Assembly (NCBI RefSeq): GCF_006345805.1
Contig: NC_043005.1
Location: 54,312,001 to 54,376,000, forward strand
Length of the DNA: 64,000 nt
DNA from: Octopus sinensis
Taxonomy: Eukaryota
Direction of reading: 5' to 3'
The notes beneath the pieces were generated by a model. The model was not told the origin of the DNA. It saw only the letters and a list, made by a program, of their open reading frames with translations, and searched no databases. Of the stretch, positions 12,763 to 26,418 are shown piece by piece. The translations under genes were made by a program, and so were the position numbers. Position 1 is the stretch's first letter; each line of letters begins with the position of its first letter.

Positions 12763-13806
12763 TTTGCTTAAAATATATACAACTTTACACATATATGTAT
12801 ATAAGTATATACAAATGCATGCATGTGTACATGTGTTTATATATATATATATATATATATAGATAGATGTGTATGTGTGTATGTATGTATGTGATATATA
12901 CATGAATGTTGTATGTGTTTGTATATCTATGCGTATGTATACATGCAAGTTGTCACAGTATTTGTGCATATATATTTACACACACATGCACATAAAGATA
13001 TATATATAAATATATATACACTCTTATATATGTACACATGTGTGTGTTTGTGAGTGTGTTTTTCTGAGTGTGTTGAAATAAATATATTATAAGAGAGAAG
13101 TCTTGAATACGTTTTATAAAAAAAAATATCATTTGCCAATTGTTATTTTTTAATCATTGTGAATCAGAGATACTGGAACTTATTTTTCGATAACAATTTG
13201 GTAATTTGTCTGTTATTAGCAGTTCTTATCAATTTTTCTTCTTTAGGTTTTGATTATATTTTGCTTTTTTTTTTGTTTGTAAATTTTCAAATTTTTTTTG
13301 CATTTTACTTTACTATCATTATTGTTGCATGATTATATGGAAACACATATAGATAGTAATCATTCTTGTCTAAAGATATAACAATAAAAATCTGAAAGGA
13401 TTTACATCAGAAGGATTTTCGGAAGCTAAGCTAAATATTCTTGCTTTCTTAAATTTCAATACTGTTTTCAGCATCAGCTCATAAAATTCTATCTCCCATC
13501 TGTAAAAATGACAATTTTGTCAAAAATAAAAAGGAACACTAATGGTAAAAATAAAAACTGTTAACAATAAATAAACTGACAAGAAAAGAAAAACGAATGA
13601 AAATAGAAAAATTGTTTAACAACAATAGAAATATAACTAAGGGATGTTTTTGCTTTTGTTTAATTTTATTTATTTTTATTTGCTCATTTCCTTTTCTTCG
13701 GTTTGCAATCGTTTCAACATGATTCCCATTTTTTTTTCCCATTTCATTTTTTCGGTTTTTTTTCCTTATTCCTACTGCTCTGTACTCTGTCGTCATCCTC
13801 AATGCT

Positions 13807-13837
<31 letters not shown>

Positions 13838-14679
13838 TATTGATTGGGTTTCTCAACTTCCTTTCTCCTCCTACTCCTCCTCATCATCATCATCGTTGTC
13901 AGCCTTGTCATCATTATCCTCATTATCACGATCTTCGTCATCATCAACAATATCGTCATCATTATCAAAGTTGTCTTTGTTGTCATCATTGTGATAATCA
14001 CCATCATTACCTTTATTACATTAATGATATGTATATACATACATATGTGCATATGTATATATGTGTGTATACAATTATATATATATATATATGGAAATAT
14101 ACACATATATATCCATATATGTATGCACATAAGCATATATATATGTGTGGGTGTACATATGTATGTATATATATATATATGTATATGTATATATGTATAT
14201 GTATGTATGTATGTATATATGTATATATATGTATATATATATGTATATATATATATGTATATATGTAAGTATGTATGTATGTATGTATGTATGTATGTAT
14301 GTATGTATGTGTATGTATGTATGTATGCAGGTATGTTTGTATGTAAGTATGTATCTAAGTATGTATGTATTTATCCTGTCACTGTGATCAGTTTTTGAAA
14401 TCAAATTATTGAGGTTTCTTCTCTAATAATGAAAATTCATTGAATATAATATACAATAATGTGAGAAAACCACTTCCTTTTCTGTTTGCTGGAATTTTTT
14501 TGTTTGTTTTTTGTTTGGCTTTTTATTTAAATCTTTCGTCATGTATTGTATCTTGCATTAAATCCTATATTAGAAAATGATAAAAATCTTATCAGCACAA
14601 CGGAATTTTCTGCATACTGCTCTACCATGCTATTTGCAAATTGAGATTTAAGAACACTGGGGAAAAACACACATACACA

Positions 14680-14886
14680 CATATTTAGTTATATATATAT
14701 ATACATATATATATATACATATTTAGTTATATATCTATATATATATATATACATATTTAGTTATATATATATATATATACATATATATATACGTATATAT
14801 ATATATATACATATTTAGTTATATATATATATATATATACATATTTAGTTATATATATATATATAATATATACATACATATTTAGT

Positions 14887-14946
<60 letters not shown>

Positions 14947-14955
14947 TTAGTTATA
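14680..14955. repeat. Minisatellite of catatttagtt units spaced by variable (AT)n
   Basis: Seven copies of catatttagtt at ~14680, 14718, 14752, 14810, 14840, 14877 and 14942 inside an (AT)n tract. Confidence 0.9.
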
Positions 14956-14958
14956 TAT

Positions 14959-15013
<55 letters not shown>

Positions 15014-15742
15014 CCTATTTTGGAGAAGAAAATAGTATCTGCAACTTTTACATCGCTAAAACTTTAATACATTCTTCGTAGCACATAAAACTTGTGCATA
15101 TCTTTTGTTTTCTGTATGTGTGTATGCATAATATACGTGTGCACGTGTGTGTATGTGGTTAGGAAGTAGTGATGGTGGGGATGGTAGGAAGATGGTGATG
15201 CTGTAAAATACTGGAAACTTGTAATGTTAATGGAGGAAAGTGGGTTGGTTTGGGTAAAAATGTGTGTAATGAAAGAAGAATTAAGCGATGCTTTCCTTAA
15301 GATACTTTCATTCCTCAACCTTCTTCACACGCAGACATACACACATATACATATATGTGTGCGGGTATGTGTGTGTGTATATACATAAATGCACCATATA
15401 CACACGCATATATATATATATATATACATATATATACACACACACATACACACACATATATATATATATACATATGAATATGTATATATACATATATAAC
15501 CATGTATGTATATACTAGGATATAAATACACTTCTTTATATACACACACATATATTACATATATTTGCATATATATATGTATTCATATAAATATATGTAT
15601 ATATATGTATATATGTATATAAAAATATATATATATATATATAGAAAGAGAGAGATAGATAGATAGATAGATAGATATAGGCTCATATACTCACACACTT
15701 GTGTGTATAAAGTATTAAGAGTATATTTTACTTAACAAATTA

Positions 15743-15805
<63 letters not shown>

Positions 15806-15822
15806 CAGTAGTAGTAGTAGTA
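15743..15822. repeat. (TAG)n microsatellite
   Basis: About 26 TAG units with one CAG interruption. Confidence 0.97.
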
Positions 15823-16395
15823 AATTTCAAGGAGAAAAACATTTTCGAGGGTTTTTTTTTATATATTTTAAATTTACAACAAGCCATGTATCTACCAACT
15901 AGTCATTTTATTCAGTCCCTTATATTATAGTCAAATAACATTAGAAAAAAATATATATAAAAAAAAAATAAATAAACATAAATGAATAACTGAATGAATA
16001 AATAAAAGGGAAAGTTTGTTTGATGTTTGAATTATATTCTTCAGCAGTGAAGTCTTGTATGAATTTATCTGAACTTAAGGACCTGCTTGTTTTGATGTCC
16101 ACTAAGGTCACAGATTGAAAAATAAAATTAGAAATGAAGACACTGTTTCAAAGACTCTGAAATTGACTCGTCTCTCCAGAAATATGGAACTCCCATCTAA
16201 AAGCATATCAGATATATAAATTATTATTATTACTATTATTGTTGTTGTTGTTGTTATTATTATTATTATTATTATTGTTGTTGTTGTTGTTGTTGTCATG
16301 GTTGTTATTATTATTATTATTGCTTATTATTTATATATCCATATATAAATATATATATATATATACACATATATATGTGTATATATATGTGTATG

Positions 16396-16463
<68 letters not shown>

Positions 16464-17125
16464 TATATATATATGTATGTATTCTTTTATTTTACCTTCA
16501 TGTTGGTCAGTCGTCGCAGAGCACTTCAGTGGAGCATAAAATCTTGGCAAGAATACTCTTTTATGAGAAGAACTGAATGTCTTTTGTATATTGGCTTTGA
16601 ATCTATATCATGACATTTATTACTATGTCCTATGACCAAAGATGTCTCTTGTGTTGTTTTAGCTATTACAAAGCTGTGTCAAAGAATTGATTTTGTTTGT
16701 TTGTGGTATTTTTTTTTGTGGGATGTACTGGGTTTTTTTTTCCTCCCTTCTTTCGAATAAAATTTGTGTCTGTGTTGCTTTAAACTATATTTCATGTTAT
16801 GACAGTTTTGCAACAGTTTTATCATGTTTTTTTTTGTTTTGTTTTGTTATTGATTTGAAAATACTTTGAAATGTACAAACAAAACATAAATAGATTTCAC
16901 TAGAAACCCATCTTTTACCACAAAGATTTCTACAACTAATATATTGTTTCACCTTTAAAACTTTTCAAAATAGCTTGACTAAAAGTTTCAAGAAATTTTC
17001 AGAAACATCTTTGGAATGTACTAATAACTTGAAAATAATATTTTCATACTGTATCTATCTGACCGAACACTAGCTAATTAAAGACTAATACATAATTTGA
17101 GTCTATGTCTGTCATTTTTTACATC

Positions 17126-17157
<32 letters not shown>

Positions 17158-17371
17158 TATTTCTTAATATAAACACATGCATACATGCATACACACATAC
17201 ATATTCTGTAATCTAAAGCCTGAAAGATACAGCCTTCTGTTATAGACCTGTGAAACTTTTAGTCACCTGGAGCTAAATTGATCAGTTTTGGAATAATACA
17301 TGAACAATTACTAAATATGTTGAACGTACTTTTCTTTCATTTGTCCGCTCACTTACTCATATATATATATA

Positions 17372-17404
<33 letters not shown>

Positions 17405-17774
17405 ATGTATGTATGTATGTATGTATGTATGTATATACATATATAGACATACCTATATAGATATATACACAGAGTGAGAGAGAGAGAGATTAATTTGGAC
17501 TTAGACCTCTCAGATGGCCAACTGTCTCCTTGTGTCACCACAGTATCATCAGAGGTCAAAATAGTTTGAGTGCCAATGATACTGTTGTAACATAGACTAG
17601 CTGTATGATATGAATCTAAATTAATTAATATGTACAATGCATTTAAAATGTATTGATGTCTTCATTATAGTGTGCTTTTGTGATTGATTGGTCATGAAAT
17701 ATCATAGATATTTATATAAATATGCATTACATACATATATACATACATGCATACATACATTATTTCAAAGAAAT

Positions 17775-18128
17775 AAGAACCCACATTATGGTAGAAACCA
17801 TAGTCACTTATGGTATGAAAAAGTAATGGTGGAATGTCTCAGTGAAAACCTCAATAAAATGTAAATATAATAGACCTGACATAGTAATTTGGGATAGAGA
17901 AGAGAAATTGTGTACAGTTGTGGAATCAGCTGCCCAGCAGATGGTAACAGAAAGCTAAAGATCAGTGCAAAAGAAAATACCTATGCTGAACTATTGAGAA
18001 ATCTGCAGTTACTCAATCCAGATTACAAGTTAGGTTTATATCTGTAATTATTGTGGTACTGGGATATTTAACATACTACCTATATATAAATCTTGAGAAA
18101 TTAGACTTTTCAAAACCAGAAAGGAGAA
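17775..18128 (+). mobile_element. R4/Dong-like non-LTR retrotransposon, restriction-like endonuclease (RLE) fragment
   Basis: Translates with frameshifts to WWNVSVKTSIKCKYNRPDIVIWDREEKLCTVV..SCPAD..LKISAKENTYAELLRNLQLLNPDYK (PD..D/ExK RLE motif). Same family as 35841-36630. Confidence 0.85.
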
Positions 18129-18210
18129 ATGAGACAAACAGCTTTTTCACATTTCAGCTTTATAGATATTGATTTATATGTCCTAAATTTGCCCAAGAAT
18201 TTGTCGCTTA

Positions 18211-18282
18211 GGCAGTTTAGCTTAATGGTAAAGCACTTGACGTTTAATCACAGGGATGTGAGTATGAGTCTCATGGCTGGCC
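18211..18282 (+). pseudogene. tRNA-Lys(TTT)-like pseudogene or isolated SINE head
   Basis: Cloverleaf can be drawn: acceptor ggcagtt/ggctggc (6/7 pairs incl. G-U), D stem gctt/aagc, anticodon loop cgtttaa (TTT, but G at position 33), T stem gtgag/ctcat. The anticodon stem and T loop (tatgagt) are degraded. Confidence 0.55.
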
Positions 18283-18339
18283 ACCGACAGATTTGTTTTA
18301 CAAAATATGAATAGTTTATCATGTTCATTGTATATTATT

Positions 18340-19800
18340 AGCATTATCCTGCGGTTGAGAATAAAATTATTTCCTCATCTGTATCTTTCAATACATCTCA
18401 ACGCTTCTAAAGGAAGCTTTGTTGACTTTCAACATAAGTTGAATTTAATATATATATATTTAGTATTTTCTACTTGATGCTATGATATATGACTCTTTCT
18501 TTCAATGACCATATATGCTTAAATGGGGCTGTTTTATTTCGTTTCTCCTGGATATCAAAAAAGGACTTGTGGTTATTAAATCTGGTCCTGAAGAGACCTG
18601 ACATTCTCCTATATGCTTTATGGGATATTTTGACAACACCTCATCATATACAACAGTCTCTGTGTTACATTGGCCATTAAATGGACATGTGATGTTGGCA
18701 CTGCATTGGCATCATGCTTTTCTTTCAGGTTTGGATTTGCTGATAATATTTCGTTTATACTAGGTGCCCAGCTAAAATAAATTCATAAGGCATATTTATT
18801 CTATTCAATATTTTTCTGTATTTATACATTTGGGGAAAGTGCTTATCGACTAAACTAGAAAGATACTACCTACACAAGTTAGTACATTCAGAGAGAAGAT
18901 GCGTGAGCCATAAAACTTTCAGGTGGTGTATTTTTTTTGCTGGGTTAGGATCGTGCTTATAAGTAAATTTAATCTTACATAATCATTATATTACAGGGCC
19001 TGATATCGAAAATTTCTTGACTTGCAGACAGGTGAATGATTGTTCTGCTGACCTGTTCGTAAACGTTATACCTGAATGACAGCAAGCTGCATTAATATAT
19101 GTCATCCCTCTCGATATTACCGAAGCAGCATTTTTGTAGAAACCAAAGCTAGTTGAGAGAGCTTTTTTTTTTATTTACAAGTCACCACTGTCAAAAGTAC
19201 CCATCGCTAAATGGAAGGAGCCCTCTGAGTCATCTTGACCTAGGCTGATCCTTTAGTTGAAGAGCGAGATTTTTCTGACATGCATGATGATTCTTACATC
19301 ATCCTTATCTCAGTGTAGGCCCTAGCAAAATCCAGTGCTGTAGATAATGAATGCCTTGATGTAGATAGGAAAAGGTCCACAATATCCAAAATGAAAAGAA
19401 TTCTTTAATATAATACTTTTCTCCACGAAGCAAAGCTGGTGCCTTATACAGCTCTTTAGTATTTCCATTTGGTGTTGTAATCCATAGCACATTCTTTCAA
19501 CAACCATATATGCAATAGCTAGGGATATTAAAGAAAATGTTCTGGTTTTGAAATATTTATCCCTTCCTTACACCTTCCACTTCTCACCCACTTCTTCAAC
19601 AGATTCGTTTACTCTATCCTCGTTGACTGCCACAGCTCAGAGATTTCAACATAGCTGCTTTATTGCCCTGCAGTCCATACCATCAAACAACCAGACCAGG
19701 CTGTAGAACTAGTTATACCCAAAGAATTTAACAAACTTATCTTTAAATTGGATCGTTTTAAGGGCGACAAATATTCTCTCGTTTGATAATGACATTTTTC
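18340..19800 (-). mobile_element. Penelope-like element relic (RT plus GIY-YIG endonuclease), internally deleted
   Basis: Minus strand, with frameshifts: LDIVDLFLS..LSTALDFARAYTEI, DDVRIIMHVRKISLFN, FHLAMGTFDSGDL, FGNIERDD (RT, cf. FDIVDFYPS / FDVTMGSYDGAE / GLYRDD). Further on: LVDKHFPK, CSANITCPFNGQC, FRTRFNNHKSFF, KHIWSLKE (GIY-YIG region). Confidence 0.85.
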
Positions 19801-19937
19801 CAAAGTATATATAGCAATTTATACAACACACACACACATATACGTTAAGGATACTATTTTACATACATATATACATACATACATACATGCATGCATACAT
19901 TTGTACATATATATGTATATACATATACATATTTGCA

Positions 19938-20027
<90 letters not shown>

Positions 20028-20033
20028 ATATAT

Positions 20034-20076
<43 letters not shown>

Positions 20077-20310
20077 GGTGTTTTGTCTGGGGAGAGTAAT
20101 TTTCTTTTTCGAAATATATATATATATATATATCTCAAAAGGCAAAAATAGTATTTAAGATATATATAGAATAAAATTTTACAAAATGAACACTATAAAC
20201 TTCATATTTTATTTAATAGCTATAGAAACTTCAGGATTAATCAAGGTGTGCGTGTGTGTGTGTGTGTGCGTGCGTGTCTGTATCTGCATGCTTTTACTGC
20301 TTGTGTGGGC

Positions 20311-20357
<47 letters not shown>

Positions 20358-20545
20358 ATATAATATATATATTATATATATATATATACAACTAAATAAC
20401 GAAAATTCCTCACCAGCACCACCATCTATATATATAGTCACATGATCAACGAAGAATCAGAGTAGCAACAGAGTAATCTGAATGCTATAACTAAAAATTA
20501 CTGTCTACATTGATATCAGGTCCTTTTTCTCCTATCTCATGCTTG

Positions 20546-20581
<36 letters not shown>

Positions 20582-21034
20582 TTTTCTTTCATTAAAAGCT
20601 GAAACTTCTTGTGCCATAGGTGAGCTTCCTGTTATTGACTGTTCAAAAGTCTGAAATAAAAGAAAGTATGTCACACTATGTGAGTAAAAGTATCCACAAA
20701 TGCAACAATCTATGATTAGTCAACAGTACATTTGCTATCGAAAATTTTTTATCTATTCATCACTATGCACAGAGGATGTGATATTTTCATCTATTCATGC
20801 ACAGAAACACGTGATATTATAATATGCAGAAAGAAAAAAAAAAGGAAAATCCTGAGTAGAGAAAATACTTCTTGTTGAAGTTTAAGTGTTGATGAATAAA
20901 TGAATGTTTTTTTTCTGTTTATTGTACAACCATCTTCTGTAGCATAGCAAATCCATTGTGTAGGAAATAAATGTTAGGTAGTTGGTAGTCAGAAACAGTA
21001 CAATAAATAGCAAAGGATGTATATGTAATAATTC

Positions 21035-21975
21035 ACCAATTTCGATCTTTTGTTGACAATTTCAAATGACTGTGATATCGTATGTTATTTATTTATTTTT
21101 TTTTTGTGAGTTCTTCTTGTCTACAACCAAATCCCTTCTTTAAAGGCTTTTCAATTCAGTAGTGATTTTATTCCAATTAGTGATTTAGACATCAATATTA
21201 TTTGAACATAGGTATTATTAAATTTTGGCTTTCTTATGATAATTCTTTTGAATTAAATGTCGTTGCCAGGTATTATTTGATGTAGCCATGGTAGCATACA
21301 TGGAGGTTAAGGTTTGTGAATTAATTAAAGTGTACATCTTAAAATTGCATTGGAAGTGAGTACACACTGAAAGGTTAGGTATTTACAGTGATGATGGACT
21401 ATTCATTTTGAAAAGTTTGAATGACCATATAATGGATTCTGTTAGGAATGGTACATCAATATAGACAAAAAGCTGGGTTTAAAGATCACGCGAAATGAAT
21501 CAAAATATAGTTATTTTCTTTATAACTCAAATTAATTTCTTGGATACAACTAGACACCATTTAATTCTTCCAACGTAGTAAACCTAACAAGAAATGATAT
21601 TGCATTAATTCAAATTTCAGCAAATCTCAAATGATTTCAAAAGCTTTAGTTATTAACATTAGTAAGTACATATCCAGCTTATTTCCTTATGGAGAATCCT
21701 TTAACCGAGTTATTCATTATTACAGTAACGTATTAAAAGTTGCTGATTTCAAACATAGAACATATAATGTACAGAGCAACACTAATATTCATAAGAAAAA
21801 GAAAAATGAAAGATTATATGATGCAATCCTCCCTATAGTATAAATGTCTGTTCTGATGTTGTCAGGGTTTTTCTGTAACTGTGTATCTCAAATGATTATG
21901 TATTGACTGCAGTTATCATAAGATCCATATTATAAGTATGTATCATAAGATCCGTAATAAAAATATCATTAAAGA
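21035..21975 (+). mobile_element. Penelope-like element RT/linker relic
   Basis: LFDVAMVAYMEVKVCELIKVYIL, RLGIYSDDGLFILK, ISKYISSL..FN..YYSNVLK, CNPPYSINV..VRVFL, KYHKIRNKNIIK, colinear with the Penelope RT and post-RT linker. Confidence 0.85.
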
Positions 21976-22433
21976 GACTGAGAAAATAATTAACAGACTT
22001 TGATAAAAATAAGTACTGGAATTGATTTGTTCAATTAAAACTTTTCAAGATGGTGTCCCAGCATGGCTGCAGTCCAATGACTGAAACAAGTAATAAAAGA
22101 TAAAAAAATGTGAGCGGGAGTGTTACCAAAAGCTCTATTGTTACCATATCTGTTATAAAAGAAATATTTTCAATACTATTACATGAAACTGTGTTCATAA
22201 CAAATTCACAACCTGCATTCTTGACGAAACCTGGTTCTATAAAGGTATTTCTTTATCAAGCTATGGCTGTTGTGGCAGATTACAGTGGAGCAAAAATATA
22301 TATGCAAGTCTCACTACAATATTTTTAGAAAAGTTTCTTGAAACATAAGTATTATTTCAGAGGCACGGAAAATAACTTTATACTTCATTATGCAATCATA
22401 TTTGGAATTTAAAGAATAGTAATAGTAATAACT

Positions 22434-22616
22434 GGTAGTGGCATGTGGCGTAGTGTTTAGGGTGTTGCACTCATGATCGTAAGGTTGTGGTTTCGACTGA
22501 TGGACTGGGCGATGCATTCTGTTCTTGTGCAAAACACTTCATTTCACGTTGTTTCAATCCACTCAGTTGGTAAAAATGAGTAATCTTGTGATGGAGCAGC
22601 ATCCCACCCCGAGGTA
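22434..22616 (+). mobile_element. tRNA-headed SINE with V/Meta-like central domain (family C)
   Basis: Head gtggcgtagtgtttagggtgttgcactcatgatcgtaaggttgtggtttcga, then gcaaaacacttcatttcacgttg..tccactcagttggtaaaaatgagta and gtgatggagcagcatcccacccc (cf. tgcgatggactggcatcccatcc). Domain name is inference. Confidence 0.65.
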
Positions 22617-23265
22617 ATATATATATATATATATATATATGTCAGAGTCCAAGAAACCAGCCTTATGATCCAATGACTTGGAAAGAAACGTTGATTTTTT
22701 TTGTTTTAAGACTTACAAAAATCGTTTGTTCCTTATGTATCATTCATCTGTAAGCATTAATGGTTTCAGAGGGTGTGATTTATATCTCTTAGAGAAGTCC
22801 AAATCTATTAAATACTTCTTAAATTTGTAATAAAAGTTCAGAATTGATGAATTCTTGCAAACACTTCCATTTATAATATTTTTTAAAAGTATTTCTAACA
22901 AGCAAGAAGCTAAAATATTTCATTTCTTACATTACAAATTTACGAGGTGTTGAAATATAGTCGTATAATTTTAAAAAGATATTCGTTTCTACACCAATAC
23001 CAAAGCAAGTGATGTTTGTCTTGATCATGAGACACTTTTCATTCATAGTGCTGAAGACTTTTAAAAAAAATCACGCATTTTAGCAGCACCTAACAGATGA
23101 GGATATCGTATGTTCTGCACACAGTGATAATTAGACAAATGTATAACACACTTTCTTGGAGCTAATTCAATTTTTTATGAATTGTTAATTCATTATATCT
23201 CAATGCTTTTCCAAATATGTTTACTAACATATTTTATTAGGTAACTTCCCTTATTTCAATAATTT

Positions 23266-23670
23266 TAGCAGTCAGGAGTGGCTGTGCGGTAAGTAGCTTG
23301 CTTATGAACCACATGATTCTGGGTTCAGTCCCACTGCGGGGCACCTTGGGCAAGTGTCTCCCACTATAGCCTCGGGCCGACCAAAGCCTTGTGAGTGGAT
23401 TTGGTAGACGGAAACTGAAAGAAGCCCGTCGTATATATGTATATGTATATATATATGTGTGTGCGTGTGTGTGTCTGTGTTTGTTCCCCCCAACATCGCT
23501 TGACAACCGATGCTGGTTTGTTTACATCCCCGTAACTTAGCAGTTCAGTAAAAGAGACCGATAGAATAAGTACTAGTCTTACAAAGAATAAGTCCTGGGG
23601 GCGATTTGTTCAACTAAAAGCGGTGCTCCAGCATGGCCACAGTCAAATGACAGAAACAAGTAAAAGAAAG
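23266..23670 (+). mobile_element. Full-length, well-preserved family A (CORE) SINE
   Basis: Head caggagtggctgtgcggtaagtagcttgct..gggttcagtcccactgc; CORE-like ggcaccttgggcaagtgtctcc; central (AT)/(GT)n; 3' part ..gcggtgctccagcatggccacagtcaaatgacagaaacaagtaaaaga. Many CpGs are retained. Confidence 0.92.
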
Positions 23671-23874
23671 TCAGTAAAGAGAAATTCAGAGTTACAATTC
23701 AAGACAAACACAATTGTTTTATGATACTTATAACAGCTGAGTCATCAACTAATAATGAGTATTTTGACTTTTATGTCACCACCTAACCCTTTGTGAAAAG
23801 CCAGAACAATCACATTTTTGATTTGACTCATGCACATAGCACAATGTGACTTAACTTTTTCAAGTATATATTTA

Positions 23875-24281
23875 GGCGGCAGAAACGTTAGCACGCCGGG
23901 CAAATTGCTTAGCGGTATTTCGTCTGCCATTACATTCTGAGTTCAAATTCCGCCGAGATCGACTTTGCCTTTCATCCTTTTGGGGTCGAAAAAATAAAGT
24001 ACCAGTTACGCACTGGGGTCGATGTAATCGACTTAATCCGTTTGTCTGTCCTTGTTTGTCCACTCTATGTTTAGCCCCTTGTGGGTAATAAAGAAATAGG
24101 TATTTCGTCTGCCATTACATTCTGAGTTCAAATTCCGCCTAGATCGACTTAGCCTTTCATCCTTTCGGGGTCGAAAAAATAAAGTACCAGTTACGCACTG
24201 GGGTCGATGTAATCGACTTAATCCGTTTGTCTGTCCTTGTTTGTCCCCTCTATGTTTAGCTCCTTGTGGGCAATAAAGAAA
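23875..24281 (+). mobile_element. Family B SINE dimer (head plus two 185-bp units) with 10-bp TSD
   Basis: Units start at gtatttcgtctg (23915, 24100). Flanks tatatattta at 23865-23874 and 24282-24291. Confidence 0.92.
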
Positions 24282-25734
24282 TATATATTTACTTTACTAC
24301 AGCTTGTTATTAGACACATTTGGTAATCTGCCAAATAAATACAACAGTGAAATGCTGTTTGTACACATTTTTACATTCTTTGTATCTTGAACATTAAACT
24401 TAGTCAGTATGTTTGACATTAAGTTTGCACAACTATTAGCGTTCTTCTTCTATTTTACAGGGTTCTCATGAGCAGATTTATGCATAAGAATAACAACACG
24501 GTATTTGGAAACTGTTTTATTATTCTTTCACATACAACACTCGAGCTGCTTTGCCACTGTCTGTCATCATTAGTATTCTACTATCTGATAATGAGCAAAT
24601 GTTAATAAGATTAGGTGAAAGCTTACGAGAAGACTATAGCAAGACAATCTTTTTATCTAATTAAACCACCATATTTACTGAACACCAAAACTCAAATCAA
24701 ATATAATAAATCCCACAAAAAGCTCTTTCACCTTTTATCAGCTCAGTTAAGCAGCAAATTAAATATAGCAACATCAGTCTTTATATTAATGTGCAGTAAA
24801 GTTCTTGTTGCTTTGACTTGATAAGACTATGAAATCCTCTATTTTAATAAAAAAAACAATAATTTGGTTTAAAAAATGCATACCATGGGTCGGTATCTTG
24901 AATGCATATCAGCAAGGGAGCTAAACATTGCCAAAAAAAGAAAATGGAAAAAAAAAAAACTCATACCTTTCCAAACAACATTCTTTGCCATATTTATTTC
25001 TCACTGAATTACAATTACTCCCTTGTTGTTCACAATACTGTCAAAAATGCATTGTACCTGTGATTAGTCCACTGGAGATCCATAACCAACGTCACCATTG
25101 TTTACCATAAACTGTAGTGGCCCAGGATTAGAAGTTTGTCAGAAAAACAATATTTTTTATCATATGGAAAATAGAAGGATTCAGCTTAATCATAAGGTAG
25201 ATATTGAAATCCAGTGAGATAGAGGATTTTCCTCTCTAAGTCAGGTGGAAGACATATTTTATTTCCTTATTCAAATTATTTATTTCTTTACAGTTTAATA
25301 TTTTGGTTGACTGAGACAATTTGGCAATGGTTCACATATGATTGTTTACCAAAAGAAGGAAATTTTAGAAATTATTATTGTTGTTGTTGCTGCTGATGTT
25401 CTTCTTGCTTTGTTTTTGCTTTGGTTTATTTTTAATACATATGCAGGTCAAAAATACAGGCAAGCTAATGCAAATACCTGATATATAATTTCAGTGTTTA
25501 CTTACATGAGGCGCATAACCACATGCAGACACACACACACATGCACACACACTAGAAGATATATCTACACTAGAAAACAGATCATACACAATAAATATAT
25601 ACAACATACAATTCAGATATATAGCATATATGACATATATATAACTCAAAGACATACAATACAAACGCACGCATATATTTTGACATGTATATGTATGCAT
25701 AAACATACATATATACAGACATGGATACACACAG

Positions 25735-25791
<57 letters not shown>

Positions 25792-25808
25792 AATATAATA
25801 TATATATA

Positions 25809-25918
25809 TAACATTCTCACTAAGACTAGTGTAAAAGTGTAAATAACAAACATAATATTCAACTGAAAGATTTTATATATAGATACATTCATACATATAT
25901 ACTTATATATATATATAT

Positions 25919-25953
<35 letters not shown>

Positions 25954-26096
25954 ATGTATTTATATGTAACTATGTGTGTTATATCTGCTTATGTACATAT
26001 CTAATATGCATAAATATATATCTATATCTGTATCAGTATATAATATGCATACATACATATATATAAATATATGTATGTATATATATATATATATAT

Positions 26097-26161
<65 letters not shown>

Positions 26162-26202
26162 AATATAATATATATATATATTGTATATGATGTATATATA
26201 TA

Positions 26203-26255
<53 letters not shown>

Positions 26256-26373
26256 CATACATTTATATATATGTATGTATGCATATTATATACTGATACA
26301 GATATAGATATAAATTTATGCATATTAGATATGTACATAAGCAGATATAACACACATAGTTACATATGAATAC

Positions 26374-26418
<45 letters not shown>

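Noticed and set aside
24460-24615. Strong acceptor (ttcttcttctattttacag) followed by a ~48-codon open frame
   Set aside because: No recognisable protein, the frame ends in a stop before any good donor, and there is no partner exon.
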